NCBI GenBank assembly: GCA_009840355.1 | Contig: VXNZ01000019.1 | Span: forward strand, 101 to 64,100 | From: Chloroflexota bacterium | GTDB lineage: Bacteria > Chloroflexota > Dehalococcoidia > Lucifugimonadales > JADFKI01 | Length of the DNA: 64,000 bases | Reading direction: 5' to 3' | In this document: positions 63,385 to 64,000 of the stretch, piece after piece | Numbering within the stretch: position 1 is the stretch's first letter | How the letters are laid out: every line of letters begins with the position of its first letter | Notes under the pieces: model-generated | What the model was told of the DNA's origin: nothing | The model's database searches: none | What the model saw: only the letters and a program-made list of their open reading frames with translations | Program-made: the position numbers and the translations under genes

Positions 63385-64000
63385 ATGCCGAACCCTTTAG
63401 TGAACCGCAGGATAGCGCTCGGCGTTACGGGCAGCATCGCCTGCTATAAGGCGGTTGACCTCGCCAGCAAACTCACGCAGGCAGGCGTGCTCGTCGATGT
63501 CATTATGACGCGCGAGGCGTGCCAATTCCTAACACCGCTCACCTTCCAAAGCATCACGCATCGTCCCGTCGTTACGGACGTGTTTGACCCGCAGTCCGAG
63601 TTGAGCATCGACCATGTGGCAATAGCAGAACGCGCCGACGCCATAATCGTCGCTCCTGCCACCGCGAACACGATTGCCAAGATTGCGCACGGCTTCGCAG
63701 ACGACGCCCTGACTACGACAATTCTCGCCACGCAAGCGCCGCTCATCATCGCTCCCGCGATGGACGCTCATATGTACGACAACGCCGCCACGCAGCGCAA
63801 TATCTCCATGTTGAAAGACATGGGATGCGTAGTCGCGGGACCGGCAAGCGGGCGGCTGGCATCCGGCCTGATTGGCAAGGGACGGCTGCTGGAAACTCCG
63901 GAACTGCTAGGATGTCTGCGGCAAACTCTCGGACGCAACGGCGACCTCGCCAATCGCAAAATTGTCGTGAGCGCAGGCGGCACACAAGAGCCGATCGACC
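63385..64000 (+). CDS. coaBC: bifunctional phosphopantothenoylcysteine decarboxylase/synthetase, 5' partial (runs off the window)
   Basis: ATG at 63385 after AGAGGTG. IALGVTGSIACYKAVDL, IVAPATANTIAKIAHGFADD and PAMDAHMY (flavoprotein CoaC half). No stop before the window end. Confidence 0.88.
   Translation, partial: MPNPLVNRRIALGVTGSIACYKAVDLASKLTQAGVLVDVIMTREACQFLTPLTFQSITHRPVVTDVFDPQSELSIDHVAIAERADAIIVAPATANTIAKIAHGFADDALTTTILATQAPLIIAPAMDAHMYDNAATQRNISMLKDMGCVVAGPASGRLASGLIGKGRLLETPELLGCLRQTLGRNGDLANRKIVVSAGGTQEPID

Overview
High-GC bacterial chromosomal window, about 55 protein genes at roughly 90% coding density. From gene content I infer a Chloroflexota/SAR202-like or sponge-associated lineage; this is not proven. 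Most of the window is housekeeping and catabolic: fpg/nei, lspA-rluD, thiL, nhaA, xth, coaX-coaBC, two tRNAs, aldo/keto reductases, a Baeyer-Villiger monooxygenase, two luciferase-like monooxygenases, a sulfatase, acyl-CoA enzymes, and cupin/DinB/NIPSNAP/VOC proteins. The standout is a compact type I polyketide/fatty-acid-synthase-like cluster at 10387-22704. It holds one 3421-aa megasynthase ordered KS-AT-DH-cMT-ER-KR-ACP-KS-AT. The C-terminal KS-AT is an internal duplicate whose AT has lost its catalytic serine (GHSVG to GHGTG). A discrete carrier protein, an Sfp-type PPTase and an alpha/beta hydrolase follow. There is no TE, loading module or tailoring set. From memory the layout resembles the sponge-symbiont Sup / mycocerosic-acid-synthase-like methyl-branched lipid synthases; that needs a database check. 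Other points of interest: a small RHH / micro-ORF / glycine-zipper membrane module with operator-like palindromes; a GLUG-repeat surface protein with a Thr-Pro linker and a Cys-containing tripartite C-terminal sorting signal; an NCS2 permease with an extra RsbW-like cytoplasmic domain; an orphan 693-aa HlyD-like coiled-coil lipoprotein; an AT-rich island between tRNA-Ile(GAU) and tRNA-Gly(CCC) holding decayed IS5- and IS630-like transposase scars; and a recurrent about 30-nt intergenic hairpin motif. No CRISPR array, rRNA or intact mobile element was seen. All coordinates and domain limits come from reading the sequence by eye, so boundaries are approximate.
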